A DNA stretch of 61,266 bases. It comes from Planctomycetota bacterium (lineage in GTDB: Bacteria; Planctomycetota; GCA-002687715; DRQF01). A program made the translations under genes and the position numbers. Below are positions 39,609-50,787 of this stretch, piece by piece. The notes below the pieces were generated by a model. It did no database searches, had not been told where the DNA came from, and saw only the letters and a list, made by a program, of their open reading frames with translations. The first letter of the stretch is position 1. Each line of letters opens with the position of its first letter. The stretch spans positions 1-61,266 of the forward strand of contig JALTLO010000088.1 in NCBI GenBank assembly GCA_027001995.1, written 5' to 3'.

Positions 39609-41957
39609 CTATTCTCCGAAGAACTTGCCAATAACAGACTTCAAAACGTCTGGTTTGATGGGTTTGGGGACGTATTCGTCCATTCCCGCATCGATGCAAA
39701 TCTCCCGGTCGCCCTTCATGGCATTGGCGGTGACAGCCACGATGGGGGTCTCAATGCCCTTTTCCCGCAAAGCGTGGGTGGCATCCAGTCCCCCCATGAC
39801 GGGCATCTGCAAGTCCATGAGGATCATGTCGAAATCATCATCACTGTTTGCCATTTCCAATGCGATGGCGCCGTTTTCTGCCAGGGCGGTTTCGAATCCC
39901 CATTTCTTCAGCATACTGAGAATGAGCTTTTGGTTGATCGCGTTGTCTTCCACGACCAAGACTCTTCCATGTGTAGCACCAGAGGAATCAGATTGAGAAA
40001 CTTCGACTTCTACCACAGGTTCGTCCTTTCCATTCTTTTGATTGAATGACTGCAAGAGCAGATTGTAGAGTTCAGAGGCTTTAAAGGGCCTGAGCAGGTG
40101 CATGTCGGCACGGTCAACGGAACGTCCGCCACCCAATTGTCCGCCGATGGTGATGATGTCAATCGCCAAAGATTTCAATTGTCTGAGAGCTTCCAGCATG
40201 GATGCAACAATGTCTTCGTCCATGTCCAAGTCGATGATGACCGTTCGGCACTTTATGCTTGAAGACGAACTGGTTTGAAGAATGTCAGTGAGTTCCTCTG
40301 CCGTGGTGATGATCTGAGGTGTCAAATCCCAAGATTTGAGGAGCTCTTGGAGGTTGTTTGCCTCGGTTTGGTCTGTGATGGCTGCCAGGATTGGCATGCC
40401 AGAAATTTCCATCGACTTCGTACCGTTGGCACCATCGGACTCACTGGCCCTTTCTAACTTGGCTGTGAAGTGGAATGTGCTTCCCTTTCCCGGGGTGCTT
40501 TCGGCCCAAATGCGGCCATCCATCAGATTGACCAGTTGTTTTGAAATCGCCAGCCCCAACCCGGTTCCGCCGTATTGTCTTGTTGTTGAACCGTCGGCCT
40601 GAATGAAAGGAGAGAAGATCGTTTCCAACTGGTCTTGAGCGATGCCAATACCGCTGTCGTGGACCTTGAAATGAAGCTCCACTTCACCCTTATTCTCCGA
40701 CACCAAGTCTACTTCGGTGTTGACGGATCCTTCGTCTGTAAACTTAATTGCGTTGCCGATCAAGTTGATGAGGATTTGTCGTAGTTTGGCCGAGTCTCCC
40801 CGAACGATTGAAGGGATTCTGGGATCTGATCGGCAGATCATACGCACATCTTTGGCGTTGGCGGAATGAGCCAAGACGCGGGCCGTATCGCAGACATGGT
40901 CGTGCACGCTAAACTCGTGAATATCGAGTTCCATACGGCCAGCTTCGATTTTCGAGAAGTCAAGAATGTCATTGATGATGACAAGGAGAGCTTCTGCCGA
41001 AGAGTCGACAATGTTCAAAAACTCCTTCTGCTCCTCATCCAAATCCGTATCGAGAGCCAACTCTGTCATGCCAATGATACCATTGAGTGGTGTGCGGATT
41101 TCGTGGCTCATGTTGGCCAGAAATTCGGATTTCGCTCGGGTGCCTTCTTCTGCACGCTCTTTGGCACGAATCAGATTCTTGTTGAGATTGACCAACTCGT
41201 GAGTCCGATCTTTGACCTCGTTCTCTAGGTTGTCACGGTGGGTTGCAAGTTCTTCGTCGCGCTGTTGTACCCGGGCAAGCATGACGTTGAATAGTTCAAC
41301 CAAGCGCCCAATTTCGTCATTGCTCAGTTTCTTTGCCCGAAGAGAATAATCTTTCCCTTCGGATATTTTGCTCGCAACGTTCGAGAGGCTGGCAATCGGA
41401 TCAGTAATGATCCTTTGGATCCTCATGGCCAGCAGATAGGTCAATCCAAGGATGGTCGCGATCAGGAGCAGGGCCATTTGAATGAGCCGAGCGCGTAATT
41501 CCATTTCGTCGGTGCGATCGCTTCGAAGCACGACACTTCCAATACGTTCCCCATCCAGAGCGATATGTTGCAGAACTACAACGGTCTTCTTTTCGACAGT
41601 GTAGTCGGGGACTTGGTCGAGAGCCGGAATCCAGGGGGATTTGGTTGGTGTCCGTGAATAGCGAGCAAAGATCTTGCCGTCTAAATCGTAGATGATGCAG
41701 TCGGTTACATGATCCTGGTTATGAAGCAATTCTAAGCTATTTGTTGCATCTTGTTGGCTGTCGAATTGAAGGGGTGCTTTGACGTTGGCAGCTATGATTT
41801 TAGCAATGGTCTTGACTTGATCGATCTTGTTGGACCGCAACATGCGTGTGTTTGCCAAGAATAGCCCACCGCAGGCGAGCACCAGAACGAGTGCACTGGA
41901 GGACATGATGACCCAAGTCATCTTGGCGCGGATTGACATGTCGCGGAATTTGGTCAC
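39609..41957 (-). CDS. Hybrid sensor histidine kinase (periplasmic CHASE-like sensor, HAMP, HisKA, HATPase, degenerate REC, REC)
   Basis: [37 protein letters not shown]...MDLQMP...KP. Confidence 0.95.
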   Translation of the reverse strand: MTKFRDMSIRAKMTWVIMSSSALVLVLACGGLFLANTRMLRSNKIDQVKTIAKIIAANVKAPLQFDSQQDATNSLELLHNQDHVTDCIIYDLDGKIFARYSRTPTKSPWIPALDQVPDYTVEKKTVVVLQHIALDGERIGSVVLRSDRTDEMELRARLIQMALLLIATILGLTYLLAMRIQRIITDPIASLSNVASKISEGKDYSLRAKKLSNDEIGRLVELFNVMLARVQQRDEELATHRDNLENEVKDRTHELVNLNKNLIRAKERAEEGTRAKSEFLANMSHEIRTPLNGIIGMTELALDTDLDEEQKEFLNIVDSSAEALLVIINDILDFSKIEAGRMELDIHEFSVHDHVCDTARVLAHSANAKDVRMICRSDPRIPSIVRGDSAKLRQILINLIGNAIKFTDEGSVNTEVDLVSENKGEVELHFKVHDSGIGIAQDQLETIFSPFIQADGSTTRQYGGTGLGLAISKQLVNLMDGRIWAESTPGKGSTFHFTAKLERASESDGANGTKSMEISGMPILAAITDQTEANNLQELLKSWDLTPQIITTAEELTDILQTSSSSSIKCRTVIIDLDMDEDIVASMLEALRQLKSLAIDIITIGGQLGGGRSVDRADMHLLRPFKASELYNLLLQSFNQKNGKDEPVVEVEVSQSDSSGATHGRVLVVEDNAINQKLILSMLKKWGFETALAENGAIALEMANSDDDFDMILMDLQMPVMGGLDATHALREKGIETPIVAVTANAMKGDREICIDAGMDEYVPKPIKPDVLKSVIGKFFGE

Positions 41958-41958
41958 T

Positions 41959-42582
41959 CTACTTCTTCTTGCTCTTCTTCACTACACGAGAAGCCATCTT
42001 GAGGATTTGGCTTGACACTTTGAGCTTGGCCTTTTTGATCGATTCTGTGTTCACTTCGAACTTCAATTTGTTCTTTCGGATCAGGAGACTGATCATCCCA
42101 GATTGATCAACGAACTTGTCTTTTTCTCCAACAATGAGGATAGAGTCCCTGTGACCTCGCCTGATCACTTGCTCTACCTCTGCTTGGGTGAGAGAACGAC
42201 TCACGAAGAGCACTTGTGTTTTCTTGATATCGACAACTTTGCTGAATCGTTTGATGACAATTTTTCGACCTTTTATTGGTTTGAGCTTGGTCAGTGCGTC
42301 GATCTCCCGCCCGAATGGATCTTTACCCACGATGCCGATGGTTAATGTCTTGGATTTCTTAGGCAGATTGGATGTGGGCCAATTCACCCAGCGGACTAGG
42401 CGATAAAGGAACACTGCTTTGAATCGATATTCCGAGCTTGATGACGTTGAATCTTCGGGGGCAGTTTCTGGTGCCTTAAAGTCCCCACGCCCGGTTGCAT
42501 GGCCGCCAACAGTGAGCACGAAGGTGCACAGGAGGATCAATCCTCCAACCTTCATCCTTGTTGTTAGCGGATTGTTAATCAT
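41959..42582 (-). CDS. YfiR/HmsC (DUF4154) family periplasmic protein
   Basis: EY..KA.FLY....WV.WP, IGIVG.DPF, FEVN......LKVSS.IL. Confidence 0.88.
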   Translation of the reverse strand: MINNPLTTRMKVGGLILLCTFVLTVGGHATGRGDFKAPETAPEDSTSSSSEYRFKAVFLYRLVRWVNWPTSNLPKKSKTLTIGIVGKDPFGREIDALTKLKPIKGRKIVIKRFSKVVDIKKTQVLFVSRSLTQAEVEQVIRRGHRDSILIVGEKDKFVDQSGMISLLIRKNKLKFEVNTESIKKAKLKVSSQILKMASRVVKKSKKK

Positions 42583-44663
42583 TAGAAAGTGAAGTCCATC
42601 CAGAAGTAGGCGGTCCGTTCGACTTCGCTACCTCGGCGACCAAAGGTGTCGCTGAATTCGGGGTGACGGTCATCTAAGAGGTTGCGTACACCGATGGCAA
42701 GCTCTAGGTTGTCTAGAACACGCCAACGCAACTGTAGGTCGAGCCGCAAGTAATTGGGGATATCAAAGCGGCGAATTTTGTCAGTCCAGTAGACGGTGGT
42801 GTTAAATTCTAGGTCGGAAGTGATATCCCAGTTGGCTCTGAAGACAATGCGATGACTTGGGGAAGAATCTTCCGCTCCGTCGAAATTCGGATCGGTGGAG
42901 CCAACGCTCTTTATGTCGATGGCGATGAAGCTATAGCTAGCTGAAACACGGAGGTCTTTGAGTGGGCGCCATTCAGACGACAGTTCGAGACCGTAGGACC
43001 TCCCTTTGGCTTTGTTATCACGAATCGATTCAAGGAAGGGCAGTCCTCCGGAAATGTTGAGGCCCCGTAGGTCCGTGGTGGCGATGCGTTCGTAGTCGTT
43101 ATAAAACAGGGCCAAATCGAAGGACAAATTGTCAGCGGGCCTTATTCGGTAGCCCAACTCAAAGGCTAAGAGTTCTGTTGATTTCGTGAATCTGCTGGGG
43201 ATGACTGCGGGGATGACCGGACTACCTCCAATATTCACTGGGGATAGGTTGATGGTCAAGTCTTGGAGCGCTCTCGAAGGGGTTTCCACTGCACGGGAGG
43301 CTGAGACCCAGACGGTGTGCTCAGGTGCGGGGGTCCAGATCATTTTGATACTGGGCTGGACCTCAAAGCCACTGAAGTCATTGTGGGACACTTTGCTGCC
43401 AATGATCAGCTTGAGTTCGTCGTCGACCAGAGTGATTTCATCCTGGAGAAAAGCATTGAAGATCTGGTATCTACGAGCATCAGGACTGGCGAAGAGTTGG
43501 GCTCCGCCCTCAAGATCATCGCTAATGTAGCGGTAGCCAACACCCCAGATGAAGTTGTGAGAGTCACCCAATTGGAAACGATGCTGAAATTCGAGATCGT
43601 AGGTGTTGCGAACATCTTTGAAGAGCCCATCGGTTCGTTCAGTGCGGTCAACGTAGATCTGTAAGGTGAAGTCTTGCTCTTCTGAGATCTTGCGATTCCA
43701 GCGGGCGATCATGTTGGCACCAGCGATGTCAATGGTGTCATTGAGGACAGAGGCAAGTGTTGGGGAGTTGGGGTTAAATATGTCGATTGTCTGTTCGGCT
43801 CGCCCATCGTAGGCATCGCCTTGAACAGTCAGTGTGTCGCGGCTTGAGAGATCCACGTCGAGGCGAAATCCGATTTGCCCCAAATCCCAGTCGGCGTTGG
43901 TATCGTTATTCTGAGCGTTGACGAAATCGTCACGGTCAAACCATTGCCCATAGACCCGTAGGTGGGCATCTTCGCCTAAGGCAGTTCCGTAACTCGAATA
44001 CCCTTCAATATTGTTGCTGCCGAGAACGACTTTGGCTCGTCCCCCAAGGGCATCTTTTGCTTTCTTGGTGATGATATTGATGATGCCGTTCACGGCGTTG
44101 GCACCCCAAAGAGTGGCCCCAGGTCCGCGAATAACCTCGATGCGTTCGATGTTTTCTACTGGAGTCGATTGTTGGTTCCAAAAAGTACCTGAGAACAAAG
44201 GGGTATACATGGTGCGGCCGTCCATGAGGACGAGCATTTTGCTGGCAAAGACACTATTGAACCCACGGGAGGTGATGGCCCAACGGTGGCGGTTGATTTG
44301 GGCAACTTCGATGCCTGGGACGAGCCTGAGGGCTTCTGGGATGGAACGAGCTCCAGCTCTTTGAATGTCATCTTGGGTGACAACAAAGATAGCCGATGCA
44401 GCTTTCGAAAGGGGTTGGGCCGACTTAGAAACTGAGGTGACTTCCATATCGAGGAGGTCTTCCAAGCTGAAATCACTCAGCTCTTCTACGTCTTCCTGGG
44501 TTGCTTCGTCCACTTCATCTGTTTCTTCTTGAGCGTGGCTCGGGGAAGAAAACAACAAAAGGATGAGCGCGGCGGAGAGGCAGGTCCAGATAAGGCCTTG
44601 CAACGGCTGTTGCCCGGTGGCAAGCTCGTGCTCTTTGTGCATGATATGTTTCCTTAGGATCAT
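42582..44663 (-). CDS. TonB-dependent receptor
   Basis: LEDLLDMEVTSVSK plug, IERIEVIRGPGATLWGANAVNGIINIITK, NLLD, C-terminal F. Confidence 0.93.
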   Translation of the reverse strand: MILRKHIMHKEHELATGQQPLQGLIWTCLSAALILLLFSSPSHAQEETDEVDEATQEDVEELSDFSLEDLLDMEVTSVSKSAQPLSKAASAIFVVTQDDIQRAGARSIPEALRLVPGIEVAQINRHRWAITSRGFNSVFASKMLVLMDGRTMYTPLFSGTFWNQQSTPVENIERIEVIRGPGATLWGANAVNGIINIITKKAKDALGGRAKVVLGSNNIEGYSSYGTALGEDAHLRVYGQWFDRDDFVNAQNNDTNADWDLGQIGFRLDVDLSSRDTLTVQGDAYDGRAEQTIDIFNPNSPTLASVLNDTIDIAGANMIARWNRKISEEQDFTLQIYVDRTERTDGLFKDVRNTYDLEFQHRFQLGDSHNFIWGVGYRYISDDLEGGAQLFASPDARRYQIFNAFLQDEITLVDDELKLIIGSKVSHNDFSGFEVQPSIKMIWTPAPEHTVWVSASRAVETPSRALQDLTINLSPVNIGGSPVIPAVIPSRFTKSTELLAFELGYRIRPADNLSFDLALFYNDYERIATTDLRGLNISGGLPFLESIRDNKAKGRSYGLELSSEWRPLKDLRVSASYSFIAIDIKSVGSTDPNFDGAEDSSPSHRIVFRANWDITSDLEFNTTVYWTDKIRRFDIPNYLRLDLQLRWRVLDNLELAIGVRNLLDDRHPEFSDTFGRRGSEVERTAYFWMDFTF

Positions 44664-44867
44664 ACCCTGGAGCGATTGCGACTAGCAATCAACCCATGAG
44701 AGGGTAGGCAGACCCATGTTCTTCTTTTTTTCTTCTTCTTCTGTTCCACTTCTGGCTTCGACTATGTGAGAGGGAGAAGTTAATAAATTCCCTTACTTAT
44801 TCTCGGTTTGAGACTTCCGGCAGTTTTCCTTTTCCTGACAAAAGGGGGTTTCATGAAGTCCGAAACG

Positions 44868-44897
44868 AACAAAAGAAGCCTCAGCACTTGCTGAGGC
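44868..44897 (-). terminator. Terminator downstream of pyrC
   Basis: GCCTCAGC-actt-GCTGAGGC, followed by TTCTTTTGTT on the minus strand. Confidence 0.75.
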
Positions 44898-44935
44898 CTC
44901 TTTCTCGCGTCTGAGTTCTTGTTTGCTCTGATGAC

Positions 44936-46267
44936 CTAAGAGGCGCCCCCGAAGCTAAGTGGGCGACCGGTATCTTTGAGCAGGATCTCTCCGTCTTGCA
45001 TCACCACACGGCCCCGAACGATGGTTGCCATAGCCCAACCGGTCACTTTCATGCCGTCATAGGGTGTCCAACCACACCGTGATTCGATCCAAGAGTTCTC
45101 GATCATTTTTTCTTCTTTAAGATCAACAATGGTGAAGTCGGCGTCATAGCCCGGGCTCACCTCACCTTTTTTCTCCATTTTATAGAGTTTCGCGGGATTC
45201 CGGCTGACCATAGTTACAAAGCGCTCCAAACTCAGGTGTCCTTGGTGCACATGATTCAGCATGATTGGAACTAAAGTTTGAACTCCTGGCATTCCTGCTG
45301 GGGTGTTGGGATAGCCCCTATCTTTTTCTTCTTTCGTATGGGGAGCGTGATCAGAGCCAATGACATCAACGACACCATCAGCCACGCCTTGCCAAAGGGC
45401 TTGCTGTTCCGCCAATCCTCGGATCGGTGGATTCATTTGTGCATATGTTCCGAGCCTCTCATAGCACTCTGGACCGTGCAGGGTGAGGTGCTGGGGTGTG
45501 CATTCGACACTTGCCCAACGCTTTTTGGTGGACAAGAACTCGATTTCTTCCCCCGTCGTGATGTGGAGTACGTGGGCGATACGATTTGTTCTCTCCAAGA
45601 CAGCTAAGAGCCTCTTGGTGGCTAAGATCGCCGATTCTTTGTCTCGCCATACTGGGTGTTGAGTGGGAGAGCAAGAGTCACCCAGCATACCTCGTCTTTC
45701 GATGAGACGATTTTCATCTTCGCAATGGACAGCGATGCGGCGTTTGGTGGCCCGAAAGATCCTCTCTAACGTGGGATCGTCTGCTACTAAGAGGCTGCCG
45801 GTGGAGCTGCCCATGAAAATCTTGACACCAACGCATCCAGGGAGTGTTTCCAAAGAGCCTAACTGGTCAGCATTGTCAGCGGCCGCCCCGATGAAGAAGC
45901 CGAAATCACAGCCTGCTCGCCCTAAGCCCCTTTCTATCTTGTCGGCAAGGGCGGCGGCGTCTTTGGTCGCCGGTGACGTATTGGGCATTTCGCAGACGGC
46001 TGTGATGCCGCCAGCGATGGCACCGCGCATGCCTGTTTCCAAGTCCTCTTTGTGCTCGTTTCCAGGTTCACGCATGTGAACCTGGGAATCAATGACCCCA
46101 GGAAGAACATGGAGGTTCTTGGCATCGAAGATTTGAGCTGCTTTCGCTCCAGACAAATCGCCGATTGCCGCTATTTTTCCGTCTCGGATGCCAATGTCAG
46201 TGATTGTCTGACCTTCGGGGCGTACCAAGGTGCCACCCTTGATGACTTGATCGTATGTTTCGCTCAT
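44936..46267 (-). CDS. pyrC: Dihydroorotase
   Basis: DSQVHMREPG, EMPNT.P, K.FMGSSTG, VHCED, HVLH, MNPPIR, SDHAPH, GMPG. Confidence 0.92.
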   Translation of the reverse strand: MSETYDQVIKGGTLVRPEGQTITDIGIRDGKIAAIGDLSGAKAAQIFDAKNLHVLPGVIDSQVHMREPGNEHKEDLETGMRGAIAGGITAVCEMPNTSPATKDAAALADKIERGLGRAGCDFGFFIGAAADNADQLGSLETLPGCVGVKIFMGSSTGSLLVADDPTLERIFRATKRRIAVHCEDENRLIERRGMLGDSCSPTQHPVWRDKESAILATKRLLAVLERTNRIAHVLHITTGEEIEFLSTKKRWASVECTPQHLTLHGPECYERLGTYAQMNPPIRGLAEQQALWQGVADGVVDVIGSDHAPHTKEEKDRGYPNTPAGMPGVQTLVPIMLNHVHQGHLSLERFVTMVSRNPAKLYKMEKKGEVSPGYDADFTIVDLKEEKMIENSWIESRCGWTPYDGMKVTGWAMATIVRGRVVMQDGEILLKDTGRPLSFGGAS

Positions 46268-46347
46268 GCCCGATTATGATGCCCCGGTTGATAGAGCGCA
46301 ACAGATTTGACGGACCTTTCAGCTTGGCCGATGAATCCTCGAAGAGC

Positions 46348-47172
46348 TTACCTTTGGCATTGAGGGCAGTAGAATGTCGACCGATTGCTTTGAATTGAGC
46401 GACGAATGGCCCCGTTGCAGGAGGGGCATGGCTTTCCTTCGCGATCGTAGACTGTCAGTTCAATAGCGAAATAACCTGCTTCTTCCCGAGGATCGCGGAA
46501 ATCCTTGAGTGTGGTGCCCCCGACTTCGATGGCCCGGGCAAGGATCGTCTTGATCGATTGGACCAGTTTCTCCAAACGAGGAGCGCTGATACGACCAGCG
46601 GGGCGGTGTGGGTGGATTCCACAATGAAAAAGCGCTTCGCTGGCGTAGATGTTGCCCACTCCCACGACGATTTTCGAATCCATGATGAAGTTTTTGATGG
46701 GCCGCTTGCGATTTCTGCATTTGACCTTGAGGTAGTCCTCGCTGAAATCTTTCAAAAGGGGTTCTGGGCCTAAATCTCGCAACAAGCGGTGAGTGTTCAG
46801 TTCGCTTGTCTTGACGGATTCCAAAACACCGAACCGCCTGGGATCAAGAAAACGAAGCTCCTTTTTGCCGCTGAGGGAGAAAACAGCATGGGCGTGTTTT
46901 TCTTGAGGATGGTTTGGGTTGCAGAACTGAAATCGACCGGTCATTCCCAGGTGGGCCATGAGATTCCAACCGTTCTGACATGCCAAGAGGAGGTACTTGC
47001 CCCGGCGATAGATGGCGGTGATTTCTTGCTGGCCCAGTGTTGAGATGAGTAAATCGGTGTTGACCGGGTAGCGCAGACGAGGCTCAAAAATATGGACCTC
47101 GTTGATTCTGCGCCCAACCACAAGAGGCGTGAGACCACGTCTGACAGTCTCAACTTCCGGCAGCTCAGGCAT
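46348..47172 (-). CDS. mutM: Formamidopyrimidine-DNA glycosylase
   Basis: MPELPEVET, RRGKY, HLGMTG, DPRRFG, GVGNIYA.E, C-terminal Zn finger. Confidence 0.97.
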   Translation of the reverse strand: MPELPEVETVRRGLTPLVVGRRINEVHIFEPRLRYPVNTDLLISTLGQQEITAIYRRGKYLLLACQNGWNLMAHLGMTGRFQFCNPNHPQEKHAHAVFSLSGKKELRFLDPRRFGVLESVKTSELNTHRLLRDLGPEPLLKDFSEDYLKVKCRNRKRPIKNFIMDSKIVVGVGNIYASEALFHCGIHPHRPAGRISAPRLEKLVQSIKTILARAIEVGGTTLKDFRDPREEAGYFAIELTVYDREGKPCPSCNGAIRRSIQSNRSTFYCPQCQR

Positions 47173-47181
47173 TCTTGCTGC

Positions 47182-47829
47182 CTATCGGTTTTCGAGGCGG
47201 TCGAATAGGGCTTGGGCTCTTGTCCAATCTTCTTGGAAGCTCCCTGGAGAGGGAGAGAGTCTGCGCCAATTGGCCACGTCGGTCCATGAGGTGTTCGAAA
47301 TGGTAGCGAGATCTTCTCGATCTTGGTTGAGAACGTGTTCTTCAAGCCAAGGCGTGAAAGTTGTGTTGTTTGCAGTGAGCTCTTCCAAGGTTTCGATCCG
47401 TTGGAGGATTCGGTGGTAGGCCTGCTCTTGGGCAGCGGCGCGCAGCTGCACTTCTGATCTCTCCAGGTGTGTGCCTCCCACAGGTGGTAATGATTCTTGG
47501 TCGATACGGGCTCGCTTTTTCGTCTGAGCTTCAATGAGTTGGATTTCAGAATCGGAGATGAGGGATTGGGCCACAAAGGTCCTGAGTTTCTCGGCCCGAT
47601 GAATCGCTAAGTCAGCAAGTCCCCGAACACGAATTGCCATGGTCGGTTGTTTCTCCCAATCGGGAGTGGCACGAATGGCTTGGTCCAATTCCGTGTAGGC
47701 ACTTTCAAAGTGTGCCAAGGTTGCCGAAAAGGCCTCTGGGTCAGGAGTCGGTGGGGCGACAGGTTCACTTGCACATGCGCCCAAAAGAGCAAGAGCGAAA
47801 GCTACTGTGAGAACGTTCAGGCGATTCAT
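47182..47829 (-). CDS. Hypothetical helical lipoprotein
   Basis: Lipobox LLGA-C; tightly packed between mog and mutM. Confidence 0.7.
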   Translation of the reverse strand: MNRLNVLTVAFALALLGACASEPVAPPTPDPEAFSATLAHFESAYTELDQAIRATPDWEKQPTMAIRVRGLADLAIHRAEKLRTFVAQSLISDSEIQLIEAQTKKRARIDQESLPPVGGTHLERSEVQLRAAAQEQAYHRILQRIETLEELTANNTTFTPWLEEHVLNQDREDLATISNTSWTDVANWRRLSPSPGSFQEDWTRAQALFDRLENR

Positions 47830-47838
47830 ATCGATTCC

Positions 47839-48375
47839 CTATTTCTTCTTAGGCCTAAAAACCTTCACCACATCGTCTCTACCTTCAAGGAATGGTCCTT
47901 CAGCAAGATCAATGCAGTAAGGGATTGCTGGAAACACGGCATCCAAACAAACCCGAATTGAAGCTGGTTTGCCAGGCAAGTTGACAATTAAACTCTTGCC
48001 GACAATGCCAGCGGTCTGACGAGATAGGATAGCCGTTGGCACGTAGTCCAAGGAAACTTTTCTCATCAATTCTCCGAAACCAGGGAGAAGTTTGTCGCAA
48101 ACTTCCTCCATCGCTTCTGGCATAACGTCCCGTGGTGATGGGCCCGTACTGCCGGTACTACAGATGAGTCCACAGCCCTGGGCCGCGAAGTCACGGACCG
48201 CCTCGATGATCGTCGGGATTTCATCGGGTACGACTTTAATTTCATAATCACATGGAGTTGCGATGTAGTCCCGCAGGCAGGATTCAATCGCTGGGCCAGA
48301 TAGATCTTCATAGATCCCTTGGCTTGCCCGGTCGGACACGGTCAGGATACCGATTTTGGGTTTTATCTCAGTCAT
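47839..48375 (-). CDS. mog: Molybdopterin adenylyltransferase
   Basis: LTVSDRAS.G.YEDLSG, VPDE, RDV.PEA, PGFGE.MR, LSRQ.AG, NLPGKP. Confidence 0.93.
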   Translation of the reverse strand: MTEIKPKIGILTVSDRASQGIYEDLSGPAIESCLRDYIATPCDYEIKVVPDEIPTIIEAVRDFAAQGCGLICSTGSTGPSPRDVMPEAMEEVCDKLLPGFGELMRKVSLDYVPTAILSRQTAGIVGKSLIVNLPGKPASIRVCLDAVFPAIPYCIDLAEGPFLEGRDDVVKVFRPKKK

Positions 48376-48376
48376 T

Positions 48377-50611
48377 TCAGTTCTTTAGGTTGCGGTTCCA
48401 GAAATCGAGCATGGTGGTAAACAGGTGGATTTGGGCTGGTCGATCGGAGATTCCGTGTTTGCGGTTAGGATAAATCATCATCTCAAAAACCTTTTGGGCC
48501 CGAATGAGGCCGTCCACAAAGGCATAGGTGTTTTGCACCTGCACATTGTCATCTGCGGTGCCATGGACGATCAAGAGTTTGCCATTGAGTTGAGGGGCCT
48601 TAGCCACTAAGTCGCAGGCGCGATAGCCTCCTGGATTTGACTGAGGTGTCTTGATGGATGATTCGGCCCACAAGGTGTCATAGTACTGCCAACGGGAAAC
48701 CCCAGCGACAGCGATGCCCGCTTTGAATTCCTCTGACCCTGTCATGCCTAACATGGTGAGACTGCCGCCGCCGCTCCAACCCCACAATCCGACTCGGTCT
48801 GGATCGACGAAATCCTGGTTTTTCAGCCATGCAATACCTTCCAAGAGGTCACGCAGAACGCTGGGGCCGTACATTTCGCCGATGAGTGAATTCTCAGCGA
48901 TTTTCGAGACAGCCGCAGCACTGCGGTTATCTACACAGAAAACCAAAAAGCCATTCTGAAGAAGTAGGTTGTTCCAGAAAATGTCACGGCCCATCCAACT
49001 GTCACTCACTTTTGGAGCAGATGGACCACCGTAGCCATAAGTGACGACGGGGTATTTCTTCTTCGGGTCGAAGTCCTTGGGTTTCATGATGTAGGCTGGC
49101 ATCTCGAAACCATCTTCGGTCTTGATGTGGAAGAACGTTGGGTATTGGAGTTTCATGGCCTCCGCACCAGACATTTTCGACTTGCTCAAGATCTTGGTGA
49201 TCGACCCATCAGGACTGTGGAGGTTCTTTGCCGGCGCTAAATCGGCCCGGGAATATTCGTCGGTGTAGGCTGTGCCGCTTTTGTTGAAAATGACGGTGTG
49301 GGTGCCATCTCCCTGCGAGATGCGTGACATGGCACCGGTCTTGAGGTCAACGCGGTAGAGTTGATTTTCAATGCTCGACTTCTTGAGGGAGGAAACGTAG
49401 GCAACCCCCTTTTGCCAATCTACTGCTTTCACGGCTTGTCTCAGCCAGTAGACAGCACCTGAATCTCTGAGGGCAAAGTCTCCCTTTGTGACCTGACGAA
49501 TGAGGTTGCCTTCTATGTCATAAAGATAGAGGTGAGCAAATCCACTGCGCTCGGAGACCCAGAGAATCTGCTTTTCATTTGGGGAGATGATGAGGTCGTC
49601 ATGGGGATGAACCCAACCGGGGTCAGTCTCAGTAAACAGAACGTGGGAGGTGTAGCGTCCGTCGATTCCTGCGGTTTTCAAGTCAACGCGATGAATCGTG
49701 ATCTTGTCTTGAGCGCGATTCATCGTTTGGATGATGAGCCCTGTACCCGACGGTAGCCAAGAAACACGGACAACGTATTCCTTGGAGTCGGCGTCACCAA
49801 CTAACTTAATGATTTTTGGCAAGGCCCCCTGCGTGGCTCCGACAACGCGGATTTCTACTGTTGGATTTTTTGTTCCAGTCCTGGGATAGCGCTGCTCCTT
49901 GACTGTTGGGTATGGGTCCTTCCACTCAATGTAGGGAATGACACCGACTTCTGATTCATCACTGTGAAAGTAGGCCAATTGAGAGCTGTCTGGTGACCAC
50001 CAATATCCCAAGTCTCTTCGTCCGAAGATTTCTTCCCAATACACCCAGGGAAGGGTGCCGTTCAAGATGACTTCGGAGCCCCCTTCTGTAAGACGAACCT
50101 CCTCGCCAGATTTTAGATCTGAGAAATAGAGGTCAGCACCACGAATGAAAGCGAGCTTCTTGCCATCTGGCGAAAACCGCGCTGATTTTTCAGCCTCTTC
50201 AGATTTCGTCAACCGACTCACTTTGCCCGAGGGCATGGAACAGGCCCATAGGTCGCCATTGATGTTCCATAAAGCCCACTTGCCTGTGTCGTCAAAGTCG
50301 TCAGGAAACCAAGTGATTCCAGCTTGTTTGTCGATTTGTTGCATGGACATGGCAGCAGACCTCAGGGACAAGGACGTGACCGTTTCCCCGGTGGATAGGT
50401 TAACTCTCATGACGCCCTTCTGGAGTCCTTCCCGGGTGGGCAGGTAGTAGAGCAAGTCACCATTGCTGAGCCACTTGGTTTCCGCTGAAGCGCGAATCAT
50501 GTAGGCGTCGTAGCTGTACATCCAAGGAACATCCAGCTTGGCCGCTTCTTGGCCGTGGGAAGAAATTGAGAGGAAGGCTATTGCCAGGGCGAAGGCTGCG
50601 ATTCTGTTCAT
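48377..50611 (-). CDS. Dipeptidyl-peptidase IV (S9B)
   Basis: Signal peptide, WVYWEE, YGGP, GWSGGG, HGTADDNV, HGI. Confidence 0.93.
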   Translation of the reverse strand: MNRIAAFALAIAFLSISSHGQEAAKLDVPWMYSYDAYMIRASAETKWLSNGDLLYYLPTREGLQKGVMRVNLSTGETVTSLSLRSAAMSMQQIDKQAGITWFPDDFDDTGKWALWNINGDLWACSMPSGKVSRLTKSEEAEKSARFSPDGKKLAFIRGADLYFSDLKSGEEVRLTEGGSEVILNGTLPWVYWEEIFGRRDLGYWWSPDSSQLAYFHSDESEVGVIPYIEWKDPYPTVKEQRYPRTGTKNPTVEIRVVGATQGALPKIIKLVGDADSKEYVVRVSWLPSGTGLIIQTMNRAQDKITIHRVDLKTAGIDGRYTSHVLFTETDPGWVHPHDDLIISPNEKQILWVSERSGFAHLYLYDIEGNLIRQVTKGDFALRDSGAVYWLRQAVKAVDWQKGVAYVSSLKKSSIENQLYRVDLKTGAMSRISQGDGTHTVIFNKSGTAYTDEYSRADLAPAKNLHSPDGSITKILSKSKMSGAEAMKLQYPTFFHIKTEDGFEMPAYIMKPKDFDPKKKYPVVTYGYGGPSAPKVSDSWMGRDIFWNNLLLQNGFLVFCVDNRSAAAVSKIAENSLIGEMYGPSVLRDLLEGIAWLKNQDFVDPDRVGLWGWSGGGSLTMLGMTGSEEFKAGIAVAGVSRWQYYDTLWAESSIKTPQSNPGGYRACDLVAKAPQLNGKLLIVHGTADDNVQVQNTYAFVDGLIRAQKVFEMMIYPNRKHGISDRPAQIHLFTTMLDFWNRNLKN

Positions 50612-50723
50612 GGTTTTCCCATTCAATGGACTGATTGTCACGACTCACCGACCAGGGATATCCTATGGCTGAGGCCATGGACTGTCCATGCATCTTGGAC
50701 CATGATAAGGAATAGCTGAGGCC

Positions 50724-50757
50724 AAAAAAAACCCCCGGACGATGAAGTCCGAGGGTT
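50724..50757 (-). terminator. Rho-independent terminator
   Basis: Minus strand AACCCTCGGAC-ttcatc-GTCCGGGGGTT followed by a T-run. Confidence 0.85.
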
Positions 50758-50787
50758 CGAATTGCTCAACGCGCTTACGTCAGTTTC

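Noticed and set aside
44936..46267. pyrC inactive because the first metal motif is QxH rather than HxH
   Set aside because: DxQVH is a known variant in a bacterial dihydroorotase subgroup, and the other catalytic motifs are intact
47839..48375. mog motif deviations (GSTG for GGTG, DVM for DVT)
   Set aside because: Conservative changes in an otherwise full-length, well-conserved protein; not enough to claim altered function
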